The notes under the pieces: model-generated | What the model was told of the DNA's origin: nothing | The model's input: the letters and a program-made list of their open reading frames with translations, nothing else | Databases searched by the model: none | NCBI GenBank assembly: GCA_026387315.1 | Contig: JAPLLY010000008.1 | Span: forward strand, 50,069-114,068 | Length of the DNA: 64,000 bases | Source of the DNA: Candidatus Omnitrophota bacterium | Lineage (GTDB): Bacteria; Omnitrophota; Gorgyraeia; Gygaellales; Profunditerraquicolaceae | Reading direction: 5' to 3' | Translations under genes and position numbers: made by a program | Shown: positions 1 through 9,098 of the stretch, piece by piece | How the letters are laid out: each line of letters starts with the position of its first letter | Position numbering within the stretch: position 1 is the first letter of the stretch

Positions 1-1792
1 TCGTTTCTACAACTGCTTGATTGTGCGCTTCTGCCCAAGATAGCCCCTGCTTCCGAAACTTTATTTCCTGCTGCTCGTGTTCCAAGGTATCTTTGTTTCG
101 CAACTCTGATTCAAAACCAACGATCATCCAGACACCATCTTTACCTTGGAAGTTTACTGCTTTTACTCCTCCCTCCGGATTTATTACCCACCCCTGTATA
201 GCTTCAATGAATCTTCGCGCTGTCTCATCGGGATGATTCAAGGCACTGTTGTTTATGGTTATAATTACATTGCCATCTTCATCTGTTGTAGTAGCAATAA
301 ACCCTTTTACTTCTAAATAGTTGAGACAGAATTCCATAATATCTCTATCAGGAGTACTTTCTAGTATCTCGGGCACATTCTCGCTTCTTCTAAGGACATT
401 AAGGAGCTTTAAGAGGCGGTCTAAATGCTTAACACGGACTACCTGGGCGCCGAGGTTGGGTTGGCTGGCGGTAGGTGCAACAGAAGAGGCGCCTGATTGA
501 AGGCCTCCGGCTGGCAAACCTGAAGGTGAGGGCGCCTCTTCTGTTATTGTTACCTTAGTCTCTGATGGATCCATTGTGTTACCGCCAACAGCTAAGGCAC
601 CTACAATGCTCTCGGTTCGCGGCAATGGGCTGTGTTCGGCATCGCCTAAAATAGCAGTGACTTTAGTCGGGCCTTCTGTTCTTTCCGCAACAACACCCAG
701 GCCTGGAACTGCCGGCATAGGGACATTACAAACAAATCCTCCGCTAAAATAATTTCTTATAGTCTGGCCATAAGGAGTAGAAATTGGCTGCCGGGTATTG
801 TATTCGCCATCCTTAAAGGATTTTTGATAGGCTTTAAAATAGGTTGTCTTTGACCATGAGATTTTGGAAGTTAAACCTTGGAGGCTTTTCTTATCTATAA
901 GCGAAGAATAAAGCCCGGCCTTACCGTAGAATCTGGCCTTAAACCATTGGGCAAGAATAAGTGAATAGTAAACTTGCCTTAAAGGAGCGTACCTTTGAGA
1001 AGTATTTACCTCTTGGGTTAACTTAGGGATGATAAGGTCTCTTATAAGTTGGCTTGAGTATTCATTCAGAGTTTTTAGCCGCGGGTCATCAAAATTGTAG
1101 GTAGCTGAATTTTTCAGGTAGTCTTGCTCTAACATTACCTTGAGGGTTGCCTTGTAGATATAGGCGCTTGGCCCTTCGACGCGCTTCGCTTGCTCAGGCC
1201 CGCTGGCCGCGCCAGCGGTTTCGCGGATAATGATTTCACCCGGAACTATCCAAGGCCGGGTTAGAGTAGGAATGGTAATGTTTTCATACCCTAAGAGCTC
1301 TCCTGCTTTCTGATAGAGCTTATCCCAATATTTCTTGCCTTCGGGAGTTTCCGGAGAAGTAAACTTGGCGGTATCTTTCTTTAGTTGCAGGTCTGCTTCT
1401 AGAAGAATTTTTCCGACATCAGTTGTAGCTAAATCAGAATCAATGATATTATTCTCTGAGTCAGGCCTTAAGTTAACCCAAAAAGCGTCATTGGGTAAGG
1501 TTAACCCGACAAAAAAGTAATTTAGAAGGGTCTTGGTTGTGGCCTCTAATTCTGGCTTTTTAGGATTCTTTAAGTCGCCTTTATCGAGCAATAACCTGAA
1601 GTTATTTTGGCTTTTATCATAACCTAGAGAGCGTAGATGCAGCGGCCGGAATTTATCTTGGATAAGAGAATCGCGAAAAGCGGCAATATGGCCTGATATA
1701 TCCAACGTGCCTGCGACTTGAGCAAAACCAGCCTGCTCAAATAAAAGGCAAAAACATAATAAAAAAGATAAAATCTTACTTTTTCTGAGCAT
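1..1792 (-). CDS. Partial CDS (C-terminus beyond left edge): secreted hypothetical protein, at least 597 aa
   Basis: Absent from the ORF track because it has no stop in the window. My reverse-complement read from the ATG at 1792 stays open to base 1. The N-terminus MLRKSKILSFLLCFCLLFEQAGFAQ looks like a signal peptide. No family recognised. Confidence 0.6.
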   Translation of the reverse strand, partial: MLRKSKILSFLLCFCLLFEQAGFAQVAGTLDISGHIAAFRDSLIQDKFRPLHLRSLGYDKSQNNFRLLLDKGDLKNPKKPELEATTKTLLNYFFVGLTLPNDAFWVNLRPDSENNIIDSDLATTDVGKILLEADLQLKKDTAKFTSPETPEGKKYWDKLYQKAGELLGYENITIPTLTRPWIVPGEIIIRETAGAASGPEQAKRVEGPSAYIYKATLKVMLEQDYLKNSATYNFDDPRLKTLNEYSSQLIRDLIIPKLTQEVNTSQRYAPLRQVYYSLILAQWFKARFYGKAGLYSSLIDKKSLQGLTSKISWSKTTYFKAYQKSFKDGEYNTRQPISTPYGQTIRNYFSGGFVCNVPMPAVPGLGVVAERTEGPTKVTAILGDAEHSPLPRTESIVGALAVGGNTMDPSETKVTITEEAPSPSGLPAGGLQSGASSVAPTASQPNLGAQVVRVKHLDRLLKLLNVLRRSENVPEILESTPDRDIMEFCLNYLEVKGFIATTTDEDGNVIITINNSALNHPDETARRFIEAIQGWVINPEGGVKAVNFQGKDGVWMIVGFESELRNKDTLEHEQQEIKFRKQGLSWAEAHNQAVVET

Positions 1793-2060
1793 TTTTTCTT
1801 ATCTGTTGGTGGAATTTTCGGCTGCCAGCCGTATGTTACTTCAAGTATACAATATAGGTAAGTGATTTCAAGGTATTTTGGGATAGTTTTGAAAGCGCTA
1901 CCTTTTGGCATGGCATAAACAGTACATAAGAAATCCGCCAAATAAACTTGCTATTCAGCCAGTAATTCCCGTTATATTGCTGTATAACCGCGGCACTAAC
2001 CTTAAGAAACTAATAGCCAATACCAAGATAAAAAAATAGGCGGGGGAGATTTACGTGGAC

Positions 2061-2447
2061 TTAACTACTATTATCTAAAATTTCTTTAACCTGACTTGAT
2101 AGCGATTCCGGATCAAAGGGTTTATGAAAATATGCTACTGCTCCCATTTGCTTGGCCTTTTCTTCTAAATCTATTCCCTGTTGCGCTGTTAATACTAAAA
2201 CCGGTATATCAAGAGTTTCAACAGAGTTTTTTAGGTTCTCTAAGACATAGAGGCCTCCGCCCGCGGGTAAACCTAAATCTAAAATTATTAAATCCGGTTT
2301 TTCTTTATGCGCTAAACTTATGCCGAATACACTATCATAAGCTGCGATAATTAAATATCCTTGCTGCTTAAGCAAAGTAGTTAAACCGAACACTAATTCT
2401 TTCTCATCTTCTATCAGGAGTATTTTTCTAGAAACCTTTTCTTGCAT
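2061..2447 (-). CDS. Single-domain response regulator (CheY-like receiver)
   Basis: KILLIEDE..., phospho-acceptor context DLIILDLGLP, PVLVLTA, HKPF. Lies 5 nt downstream of a histidine kinase gene. Confidence 0.85.
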   Translation of the reverse strand: MQEKVSRKILLIEDEKELVFGLTTLLKQQGYLIIAAYDSVFGISLAHKEKPDLIILDLGLPAGGGLYVLENLKNSVETLDIPVLVLTAQQGIDLEEKAKQMGAVAYFHKPFDPESLSSQVKEILDNSS

Positions 2448-2452
2448 AATAT

Positions 2453-3442
2453 CTACCTTCTGGTTAATCTAAGGTCGCGAGGCAGTATAATGATAAACTT
2501 GCTGCCTTTGCCAACTTGGCTCTCTACCAAGACCTTGCCCTTGTGCATTTCCACTATGTCCTTAGTGATGGCGAGCCCTAAGCCCGTGCCTTCCTTTGTA
2601 GCATTGAGCCGCTCAAATTTATTAAAAAGCACGCCAATTTTATCATCTGGTATCCCGGGGCCGGTATCTATACACTCTAATTTCACGAATTTATCATCAG
2701 GATAAATTTTCAAAGTTACAGTTCCGTTCTCAGGAGTAAATTTTATACCATTACTCAAAAGATTAACAATCGCCTGAGAAAGCTTATCTTCATCTCCCCA
2801 GACGGATAAGCTTTCATCCAAGAATTCTTTAATTATCTTTATATTCTTTTTATCAGCCAAAGTTTGCAATTCTTTTATTTGCCTTCCTGAGATTTCTGCG
2901 AGATTAAGCCTGTTTCTTTTAACCTCAATAACCCCCGCCTCGATTTTATGTAAATCCAATAGGCCATTTACTAAACGAACCTTCCGTTCAATTGTTAACT
3001 GACAAAACCCCAGGACCTTTTTCTGATCTTCGCTTATCTGGCCGATAAAACCCGCGAAAATATTATAAATATTGATTTTAATTGACGCCAGGGGATTCTT
3101 TAGTTCGTGGGATACTGTTGCGACAAAGGTTGACTTTAGCTGGTCGCTATGTTTTGCTTGGACGGCATAAGCTAAAATCGTATTAAAAATATTCTTTAAA
3201 ATGCTATAAGCGGTATAATACCCGCATAGAGAAATAAAGAAAGCGGTGGCCAGAATGAAACCGGTATTGCCAATCAAAACATCTAAGGTAAATAACCTAC
3301 TTATTAAAAGATAGAGAAACACTAAAAAGGGCACAATAACCATTAAAGAAAAAGCTATATTAAGCTTCTTATAGGGGTTTTCTTTTAACTCTTGCATAAC
3401 TAACTTGCAATCTATTTTGTTGGTTTTACCTTGTTTGGCCAT
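2453..3442 (-). CDS. Membrane sensor histidine kinase (HisKA + HATPase_c)
   Basis: H-box SHELKNPLASI, G-boxes IDTGPGIP and GTGLGLAI, and N-terminal hydrophobic segments. Confidence 0.85.
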   Translation of the reverse strand: MAKQGKTNKIDCKLVMQELKENPYKKLNIAFSLMVIVPFLVFLYLLISRLFTLDVLIGNTGFILATAFFISLCGYYTAYSILKNIFNTILAYAVQAKHSDQLKSTFVATVSHELKNPLASIKINIYNIFAGFIGQISEDQKKVLGFCQLTIERKVRLVNGLLDLHKIEAGVIEVKRNRLNLAEISGRQIKELQTLADKKNIKIIKEFLDESLSVWGDEDKLSQAIVNLLSNGIKFTPENGTVTLKIYPDDKFVKLECIDTGPGIPDDKIGVLFNKFERLNATKEGTGLGLAITKDIVEMHKGKVLVESQVGKGSKFIIILPRDLRLTRR

Positions 3443-3555
3443 AATTTCATTTACAGTAAAGTTGCGGCGTTTTAAATATAAATACCGGATATACTTTGCG
3501 CGCGTTGCTATGGGTAATAACTGTACCTTTCAATGCGCACAGGTTAATCATAAAA

Positions 3556-4302
3556 TCATCTACCAGCAACATTAAGTAATTTTGTTTTCTTTTTTAGAAT
3601 AAAGAAAGTTAAATATATGCCTAAACCAATAACAAAGAAGGCTATCCAAGAATTATGCACAATAAAACGTCCTTGAGTTAACAAGTTAGTTAAGATCTCT
3701 AAGAAGAAGAATGTTGCAACAATAGAAAAGAATGAGGAGAACTCTCTTCTAAGAACAGTTTTAAAAGAAAAAGCTAACTCGGGTTTCTTCCAGTTTTTAA
3801 AACGAGGAATTATAATTGGCGTATTTTTGGCCCATTTCATAAATTGATCTTTGAATTTATTTCTCAAAAACTCTTCTTCGGTGAAAATAATGCGTTCATA
3901 ATAAAGCCAAAATCCGAACCAAACTAGTAAAGCTAACCACCACACTTGAATAAATAATGTAACACCTAAAACAATGATAAAATTACTCAGATAGAGAGGA
4001 TTTCTCGTAATGGAGTACATACCAGTCGTATTAAGCGTATCCGCTACTTGTGACTGAGTATTTCTTCCTGATGTACCCCGAGGCGCATACCCTACGGTAA
4101 AACAGCGAACAATAAGACCAAAAAAAGATATTATAATCGCAAAGATTCCCCAGTAGTCACCTACTGAATCCCCAAATTTCTTTTCTAATATTCCCGACTG
4201 TCTTATTGCAATAATGAAAATCGGAATACCTAAAAGCGGTAAATAGCTTCTCCACCTAAAAAGCCAGCTGCCTTGTTTTTCAATATCTTCACGTAATGCC
4301 AT
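3556..4302 (-). CDS. Polytopic membrane protein, isoprenylcysteine carboxyl / phospholipid methyltransferase-like
   Basis: Multiple hydrophobic helices. TGMYSITRNPLYLSNF resembles the RNP(L/M)Y motif of the ICMT/PEMT family. Confidence 0.55.
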   Translation of the reverse strand: MALREDIEKQGSWLFRWRSYLPLLGIPIFIIAIRQSGILEKKFGDSVGDYWGIFAIIISFFGLIVRCFTVGYAPRGTSGRNTQSQVADTLNTTGMYSITRNPLYLSNFIIVLGVTLFIQVWWLALLVWFGFWLYYERIIFTEEEFLRNKFKDQFMKWAKNTPIIIPRFKNWKKPELAFSFKTVLRREFSSFFSIVATFFFLEILTNLLTQGRFIVHNSWIAFFVIGLGIYLTFFILKKKTKLLNVAGR

Positions 4303-4379
4303 TTTTCCTTTCAGGGAAGATTCCTCAGAGAGGCTCCATCTTTTTATATCCTTATCCTACCCACCTATCTTGGACGAGT

Positions 4380-4946
4380 TCAGAATTTTACTTCGGGAAC
4401 AGTTTTTGCTTTTTCTTCCGCTTTAAAGTATTCTGTGGCCGCCTTATAACCAAACATTCCCGCTACGACATTACCCGGAAACATTCTGACAGTAACATTA
4501 TAATCTCTGACCGCCTCGTTATACCGCATCCTTTCTACGGAAATACGATTTTCAGTCCCAGACAGTTCATCCATAAGTTTCAAAAATGTCTGGTCTGCTT
4601 TTAAATTTGGATAATTTTCCGTAACCAAAAGCAGGCGGCCCAATGCTTTATCTATTGCCCCGGCTGCTTTAACTTTCTCTTCCGCTGAACTTGCTTTTGC
4701 CCATTGAGAACGGGCATTGGTAATATCTTCCAAAACAGTTTTCTCATGTAGAGCGTAACCTTTAACGGTATTGACTAAATTTGGTATCAAATCATTGCGC
4801 CTCTGCAATTGATTTTCTACCTGCGCCCATTTGGCAGTAATTGTTTCCTGTTTTGAGACAATACTATTATAGACTCCCGCGAAACCCATGATAACCAAAA
4901 CTACGATAAGAATAACTACCCCTAACCCCACAAGAATACCTTTCAT
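4380..4946 (-). CDS. lemA: LemA family protein
   Basis: VENQLQRRNDLIPNLVNTVKGYALHEK is a typical LemA sequence. I moved the start to the ATG at 4946 (MKGILVGLG..., one TM helix) with RBS GAAAGGAGAA. The longer track ORF runs into the Gly-rich tail of the upstream gene. Confidence 0.85.
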   Translation of the reverse strand: MKGILVGLGVVILIVVLVIMGFAGVYNSIVSKQETITAKWAQVENQLQRRNDLIPNLVNTVKGYALHEKTVLEDITNARSQWAKASSAEEKVKAAGAIDKALGRLLLVTENYPNLKADQTFLKLMDELSGTENRISVERMRYNEAVRDYNVTVRMFPGNVVAGMFGYKAATEYFKAEEKAKTVPEVKF

Positions 4947-4959
4947 TTTTTTCTCCTTT

Positions 4960-5706
4960 CTAGAATCCGCCTCCGGCACCGCCCCCACCGCCTCCCCCTC
5001 CGCCAAAGCCTCCGAAACCGCCGCCACCGCCTCCAAAACCACCACCCCCGGAGCCGCCATAATAACCGCCACCGTAATATCCATTTCTGTATCTTCCTAA
5101 ATTGCTTATCATTATAAATAATACAATAAAAATGAAAATAATCACCGATGCTAAACTATTAGGAAGGGTTGATAAAGATTGGTTTTCCGGAGCAATTTCT
5201 TGAAAATTACCCAGCGCAGCTAAAGTAACCTGCGCATCTTTAGCAATAATATTCGCGATAGCGCGTATACCTTGATATAAGCCTTCCCCAAACTTAGCTT
5301 CCTTAAAATACGACGCCATATAGTTACGGCCAATCTCGCCGCACAAACCATCTGGCAGGATTCCTTCCACTCCATATCCAGTCTCAATGCGCCAGCGTCT
5401 TTCTTTAACCGCTAGGAGTACTAGCACACCATTGTCTTTTCCTTTCTTCCCCGGCTTCCAATTATCAAAAAGCATTCGCGCATATTCCTTTTCATCATAA
5501 GGGGCGATGGAATTAACTATTACTACAGCAATTTCCGTAGTGGTCTTTTGTTCTACTTCTTCAATTAAAGAGCTTAGTTTATCAGCATTTCCTTGATCAA
5601 TGACATTGGCAAAGTCATTGACCCGGCCTACCGGTTGGGGAACATTTTGGGCGTAACCCAAAAAAGGTAGAAAAAGAAAAACAAGTGTAAGAAATGTTTT
5701 ACGCAT
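4960..5706 (-). CDS. TPM-domain protein (TLP18.3/Psb32/MOLO-1 type) with C-terminal TM helix and Gly-rich tail
   Basis: VNDFANVIDQGNADKLSSLIEEVEQKTTTEIAVVIV is characteristic. Signal peptide MRKTFLTLVFLFLPFLGYAQ from the ATG at 5706. LemA-TPM pairing is a conserved operon. Confidence 0.8.
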   Translation of the reverse strand: MRKTFLTLVFLFLPFLGYAQNVPQPVGRVNDFANVIDQGNADKLSSLIEEVEQKTTTEIAVVIVNSIAPYDEKEYARMLFDNWKPGKKGKDNGVLVLLAVKERRWRIETGYGVEGILPDGLCGEIGRNYMASYFKEAKFGEGLYQGIRAIANIIAKDAQVTLAALGNFQEIAPENQSLSTLPNSLASVIIFIFIVLFIMISNLGRYRNGYYGGGYYGGSGGGGFGGGGGGFGGFGGGGGGGGGAGGGF

Positions 5707-5710
5707 ATGC

Positions 5711-6433
5711 TTACAACTTATCAACAATTGTAACTATCAACTCTAATTCTCTAACAAAACTAATGAATAATTGTTCAATTCCTCTTCCAGTTAATTTGAT
5801 CTTTTTATTTTTAGCTGACAATATTTTTCCCCAAACACCTATATCAATTTTAAACTCAAGAGCCAATTTCTCAAGAACCTCATGTTTTAAATAAGGCGGT
5901 TTTCTCCCCTTTATGCGTAAGACATTACGTAATATATGCAGAACAGAAGTAAAAGACATAAATAATAAACTACGCAATGCGGGCGTATTATTATTTAGCA
6001 GCAAATATGCCTGCCTTAGTTTAATAAGCTTTGCCTTTAACTCATGTTCACACTGAAACCGTAAATTACGAATGTCAACTTGGATGTCTTTTAAAACATC
6101 CTTACCATTTAGCACAAAATAATTCTCCCGCATATCCAGAAATTCAATCGGAAAAATATCCGTAGAATTAGCAATATAATCCTCAGTCAGAAATAAGGTG
6201 TTGATCCTTTTAAACTTATGTATAAATTTTGATGATTTTTTTATTACCTCTAAATCGGTATTTTTCAATACGGCAAGCAAATTCAGATTGGAATGTTTAT
6301 CTACAAATTCACCGCTTACGGCGCTTCCATAAAGAATAAGTGACAGTAATTCTTCACGGTAGATACCTTTTAAACCCTGAGTAAGGTTTCGAAGAATATT
6401 TTTATACTGACCTGCTATCTTTAAACGCTCCAT
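5711..6433 (-). CDS. Nucleotidyltransferase-fold-like protein (degenerate active-site motif)
   Basis: LILYGSAVSGEFVDKHSNLNLLAVL matches the hG[GS]-x(9-13)-DxD NTase pattern, except that Asn occupies both Asp positions. RBS GGAGG lies before the ATG at 6433. Confidence 0.5.
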   Translation of the reverse strand: MERLKIAGQYKNILRNLTQGLKGIYREELLSLILYGSAVSGEFVDKHSNLNLLAVLKNTDLEVIKKSSKFIHKFKRINTLFLTEDYIANSTDIFPIEFLDMRENYFVLNGKDVLKDIQVDIRNLRFQCEHELKAKLIKLRQAYLLLNNNTPALRSLLFMSFTSVLHILRNVLRIKGRKPPYLKHEVLEKLALEFKIDIGVWGKILSAKNKKIKLTGRGIEQLFISFVRELELIVTIVDKL

Positions 6434-6469
6434 AAGTACCTCCTGGTAAGTTACGCTACTTTTTTTTGA

Positions 6470-6672
6470 CTACTTGAACAAGAAATAGGTAACAACCATT
6501 ATTAATAGTGCCACAAAATACACAGGCGGTGGTTTTACAAACCCGAAAGGTTTAGCTAGCGGAGTAAATGGGATAGCAATGCCCATAGAAACTATAAGCA
6601 TAGACAACAACATCAAAAACCTACGATATGCTCATTAGCGCGTAGAGCATGAATTACTTTTTCTTTTTGCAT
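6470..6672 (-). pseudogene. Remnant of an MgtA-like P-type ATPase (two short frame-broken fragments)
   Basis: Fragment 1 is MQKEKVIHALRANEHIVGF*, which resembles E. coli MgtA KERIVTLLKREGHVVGF just before GDGINDAPAL (recalled from memory). Fragment 2 is ...PFTPLAKPFGFVKPPPVYFVALLIMVVTYFLFK*, which resembles the MgtA C-terminal helix. Everything between and upstream is missing. Confidence 0.5.
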
Positions 6673-6678
6673 AATAGT

Positions 6679-6711
6679 AAACAAAAGGACTGAACGGTTA
6701 AGTCCAGTCCT
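6679..6711 (-). terminator. Hairpin AGGACTG-N12-CAGTCCT followed by TTTTGTTT on the minus strand
   Basis: Read directly from the sequence. It sits just upstream of the ATPase remnant and after a 10-codon mini-ORF that has a GGGAGG RBS. Confidence 0.4.
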
Positions 6712-7200
6712 ACGCCTTCTAAGTCTTTATGTATCTTTTACCTGTTGCTTCAGCCGACGCATAAGACTTTTTATACCTCCCTTCTTATCTTTTATTCTAC
6801 AAACCCGCTGACACTTTAATGGATTTGGCCGTTTTGGTGCCATCCTGATTCGTAATGTATTCTATGTTAACTTTATCATCCTTGCCTATCCAATTCAAAG
6901 TAGCTGAATTTCCGTCTTTGTCGAGGAAAACTCCTTAAAGAACTTGTAATAATTTAGTTAAATTATTACTACTGATACAGTTTTTCTGACTCACTTTACC
7001 ACAAAAAACCAGACTATTTCTGTTCTGGAGTATAGCTGCCTTAAGAGTTTATTCTTCGATATAATTTTGGTCATATTAATATACGGAACTCTACCCAATT
7101 GTCGTTTTATGCTACCACTTTTCAGCCTAACGTCAAGAAAATTGAATTATTGATAGTAACTTTTTTGCCGTCTGGTACAAAATCCTCATTTTATATTTTC

Positions 7201-7485
7201 TCATCTTCTCTTTTGGCTATTCTTCAATGCCATTTTATCGGCCTTCATTTTACGAATATCCTGCTGTAGTTTTTGCCGAACGGATTTTATTGCCCCCCGT
7301 GCTCCTGATTCCTGCGCAGATTTCAGAATCCGGTGATCCACTTCAATAACCTGTTTGTCCATAATGATCGCTGGATTCTTATTTATATCAATAGAAGGCT
7401 GAGCATATATTTTTAATGGCAAAGCTGCCATAAAAAACCCACCCATAATAATCGCGAAGGTTATTACGCGCTTGAAAACCTTCAC
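7201..7485 (-). CDS. Small secreted hypothetical protein
   Basis: GTG at 7485 lies 5 nt after AGGAGG. Signal-like KVFKRVITFAIIMGGFFMAALPLKIYAQ with a basic C-terminus. No family recognised. Confidence 0.45.
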   Translation of the reverse strand: MKVFKRVITFAIIMGGFFMAALPLKIYAQPSIDINKNPAIIMDKQVIEVDHRILKSAQESGARGAIKSVRQKLQQDIRKMKADKMALKNSQKRR

Positions 7486-7695
7486 AGCCACCTCCTGATT
7501 CCCTACTTTGTTCGTCGCTGTTACCCCGAATACGCGGGAACGAACTCCCCGCGCCCTTTTGCTTCTCGTCCATGCTATAAAGATTTAATTGCCCGCCTTG
7601 GACGGTTTTCGAACCACAGGATCGGAAGTCCTGCTTATAAAGCTCTATAAACACCACAAAAAGGGCATTTTGCTGTCGTTGGGACAACCTCTTAA

Positions 7696-8754
7696 TTAAT
7701 CAGAAATCTTATAATAAGCGCTTCTGCCTTTTCCTACAAGCTCAATCAGTTTTGCATCTATCAGCTTAGAAATCTCTTTCAACATTGCTTGGCGCGTTAT
7801 CCCAAACATATCTCTTAAATCTTTATTGCTGACCTTACCTTTTTCTTTAATCCGCCCTAAAATCGTTATCTGCTTTTGGGTTAACTCGATTCTTTCGCCT
7901 TCTGCTATCTTTGGAGAAAGTCCGAGTTTTTCAATAAGCTCTTTGACCTTGTTTATTGAATACAAAACACCATCTATAAAATATTCAAGCCACTTTGTAA
8001 TATCACCCTTGTTTATCTGGGCTGTTTTTAGTGCGGCATAATAGGCGGACCTGTTCTCATCGTAAAAATCGTCAAGCGCAAAGAATCTCCGATGATCAAA
8101 TCCGCTTTTATACAAAACTAATGACGCCATCAAACGCGCTGTTCTTCCATTGCCATCAATAAACGGATGAATTCTTGCGATTTCATAATGAACAATGCCT
8201 GCAAGAATAACGGGATTTATTTCCTTTATCTCATCTGAATTGAGCCAATCTAAGAATTCATTTACCAAACGGGGAACATCTTTTGTCCCCGGAGGCATAT
8301 ATTCTACAATTTCCTTGAAGCTCGTTCCGTCAAAGATGCGCCTGCCTACAAAAACCTGTCGATCTCTAAAAACTCCACAATCTTTGCTATTTTGTAGAGT
8401 TTCGGCAGTAACGGTTTCATGAATCTTAAGGAAGAGCTTAACATCGATAACTTTTTTGCTTGCGTATTCGGGAATCGAATCTAATGCCTTAAGATAGCTT
8501 AAAACCTCTTTCTTATCTTTTTCTGTAGCGACAACCTCTTTATTCTCCGAAAGTGCTTTTACCTGTTCAAGCGTTAATTTATTTCCCTCAATACTTGTAG
8601 ATGAATGGGCATTATGAATTCTGGCTTCTTTTTTTAGCTTCAACTCCCATTTAGGAATAAGCTTGGAATGCTCAATAACCTCTCTCCCAGCCATAATCCG
8701 GGAGATATTGTTAAGGATTTTATTGGTAATTTTATATTTTGGCTCAAATGGCAT
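7696..8754 (-). CDS. Fic/DOC family protein with C-terminal winged-helix DNA-binding domain
   Basis: Canonical Fic motif HPFIDGNGRTARL. The C-terminal ...ILGRIKEKGKVSNKDLRDMFGITRQAMLKEISKLIDAKLIELVGKGRSAYY is wHTH-like. Confidence 0.85.
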   Translation of the reverse strand: MPFEPKYKITNKILNNISRIMAGREVIEHSKLIPKWELKLKKEARIHNAHSSTSIEGNKLTLEQVKALSENKEVVATEKDKKEVLSYLKALDSIPEYASKKVIDVKLFLKIHETVTAETLQNSKDCGVFRDRQVFVGRRIFDGTSFKEIVEYMPPGTKDVPRLVNEFLDWLNSDEIKEINPVILAGIVHYEIARIHPFIDGNGRTARLMASLVLYKSGFDHRRFFALDDFYDENRSAYYAALKTAQINKGDITKWLEYFIDGVLYSINKVKELIEKLGLSPKIAEGERIELTQKQITILGRIKEKGKVSNKDLRDMFGITRQAMLKEISKLIDAKLIELVGKGRSAYYKISD

Positions 8755-8760
8755 AGTCCT

Positions 8761-8804
8761 ATTATAACAAATGACAACCTAAATGACAACCTAAATGACA
8801 ACCT
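8761..8804 (-). promoter_or_regulatory. Putative fic promoter/operator: TATAAT (8761-8766, minus) plus three perfect 12-bp tandem repeats AGGTTGTCATTT (8769-8804)
   Basis: The repeats were read directly. The TTGTCA inside repeat 2 lies 17 nt upstream of TATAAT. The -10 element ends only 6 nt before the ATG at 8754. Confidence 0.55.
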
Positions 8805-8820
8805 AAAAATATAGAATTGC

Positions 8821-9093
8821 TCATTCTTTATTAAAAACTTTATTATTAACCACATTGGCTGTTGCTCTTGCTATATTTTCTACTTCGCTTTTAACTTTAT
8901 CAGGAAAATTATAATTGGTATTATAAAAGTATTGTCGGATTGTTTGCGCAGAATTATGAATATACTGCGCATTACTTTTTAATTGTTTATTTTCGATCGT
9001 AATGACTGAGGCTTTAAACAATCCTATTATGCCTACGATGCATCCCAGTAAACCTATAAAATACCCAATATAATCTTTAAATGTAATTTTCAT
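8821..9093 (-). CDS. Small membrane protein (one N-terminal TM helix), hypothetical
   Basis: 90-aa ORF with the hydrophobic segment YIGYFIGLLGCIVGIIGLF. Lies in a tandem of three small ORFs. Confidence 0.45.
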   Translation of the reverse strand: MKITFKDYIGYFIGLLGCIVGIIGLFKASVITIENKQLKSNAQYIHNSAQTIRQYFYNTNYNFPDKVKSEVENIARATANVVNNKVFNKE

Positions 9094-9098
9094 GGCTA

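Noticed and set aside
1624-1941. 105-aa minus-strand ORF from the track
   Set aside because: It overlaps, out of frame, the 5' end of the long partial CDS (1-1792), whose signal peptide and start are far more convincing.
4888-5100. Plus-strand ORF and the extended N-terminus of the LemA ORF across the GC-rich stretch
   Set aside because: The stretch is the Gly-rich (GGGF/GGY) C-terminal tail of the TPM protein on the minus strand. The other frames are open only because of the compositional bias.
7492-7695. ~200-nt leader between fic and the small secreted-protein gene, considered as a riboswitch (c-di-GMP-I-like GCAAA/ACAAAG motifs); also ORF 7388-7687
   Set aside because: It contains a strong hairpin (CGCGGGGA-gttcg-TTCCCGCG), but I could not fit any riboswitch consensus by eye. 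The ORF has no RBS and overlaps the downstream gene. This needs cmscan before any claim.
8640-8855. 71-aa ORF containing RLSFRLSFRLSF
   Set aside because: It is an artefact of translating the three 12-bp tandem repeats, and it overlaps the 5' end of fic in another frame.
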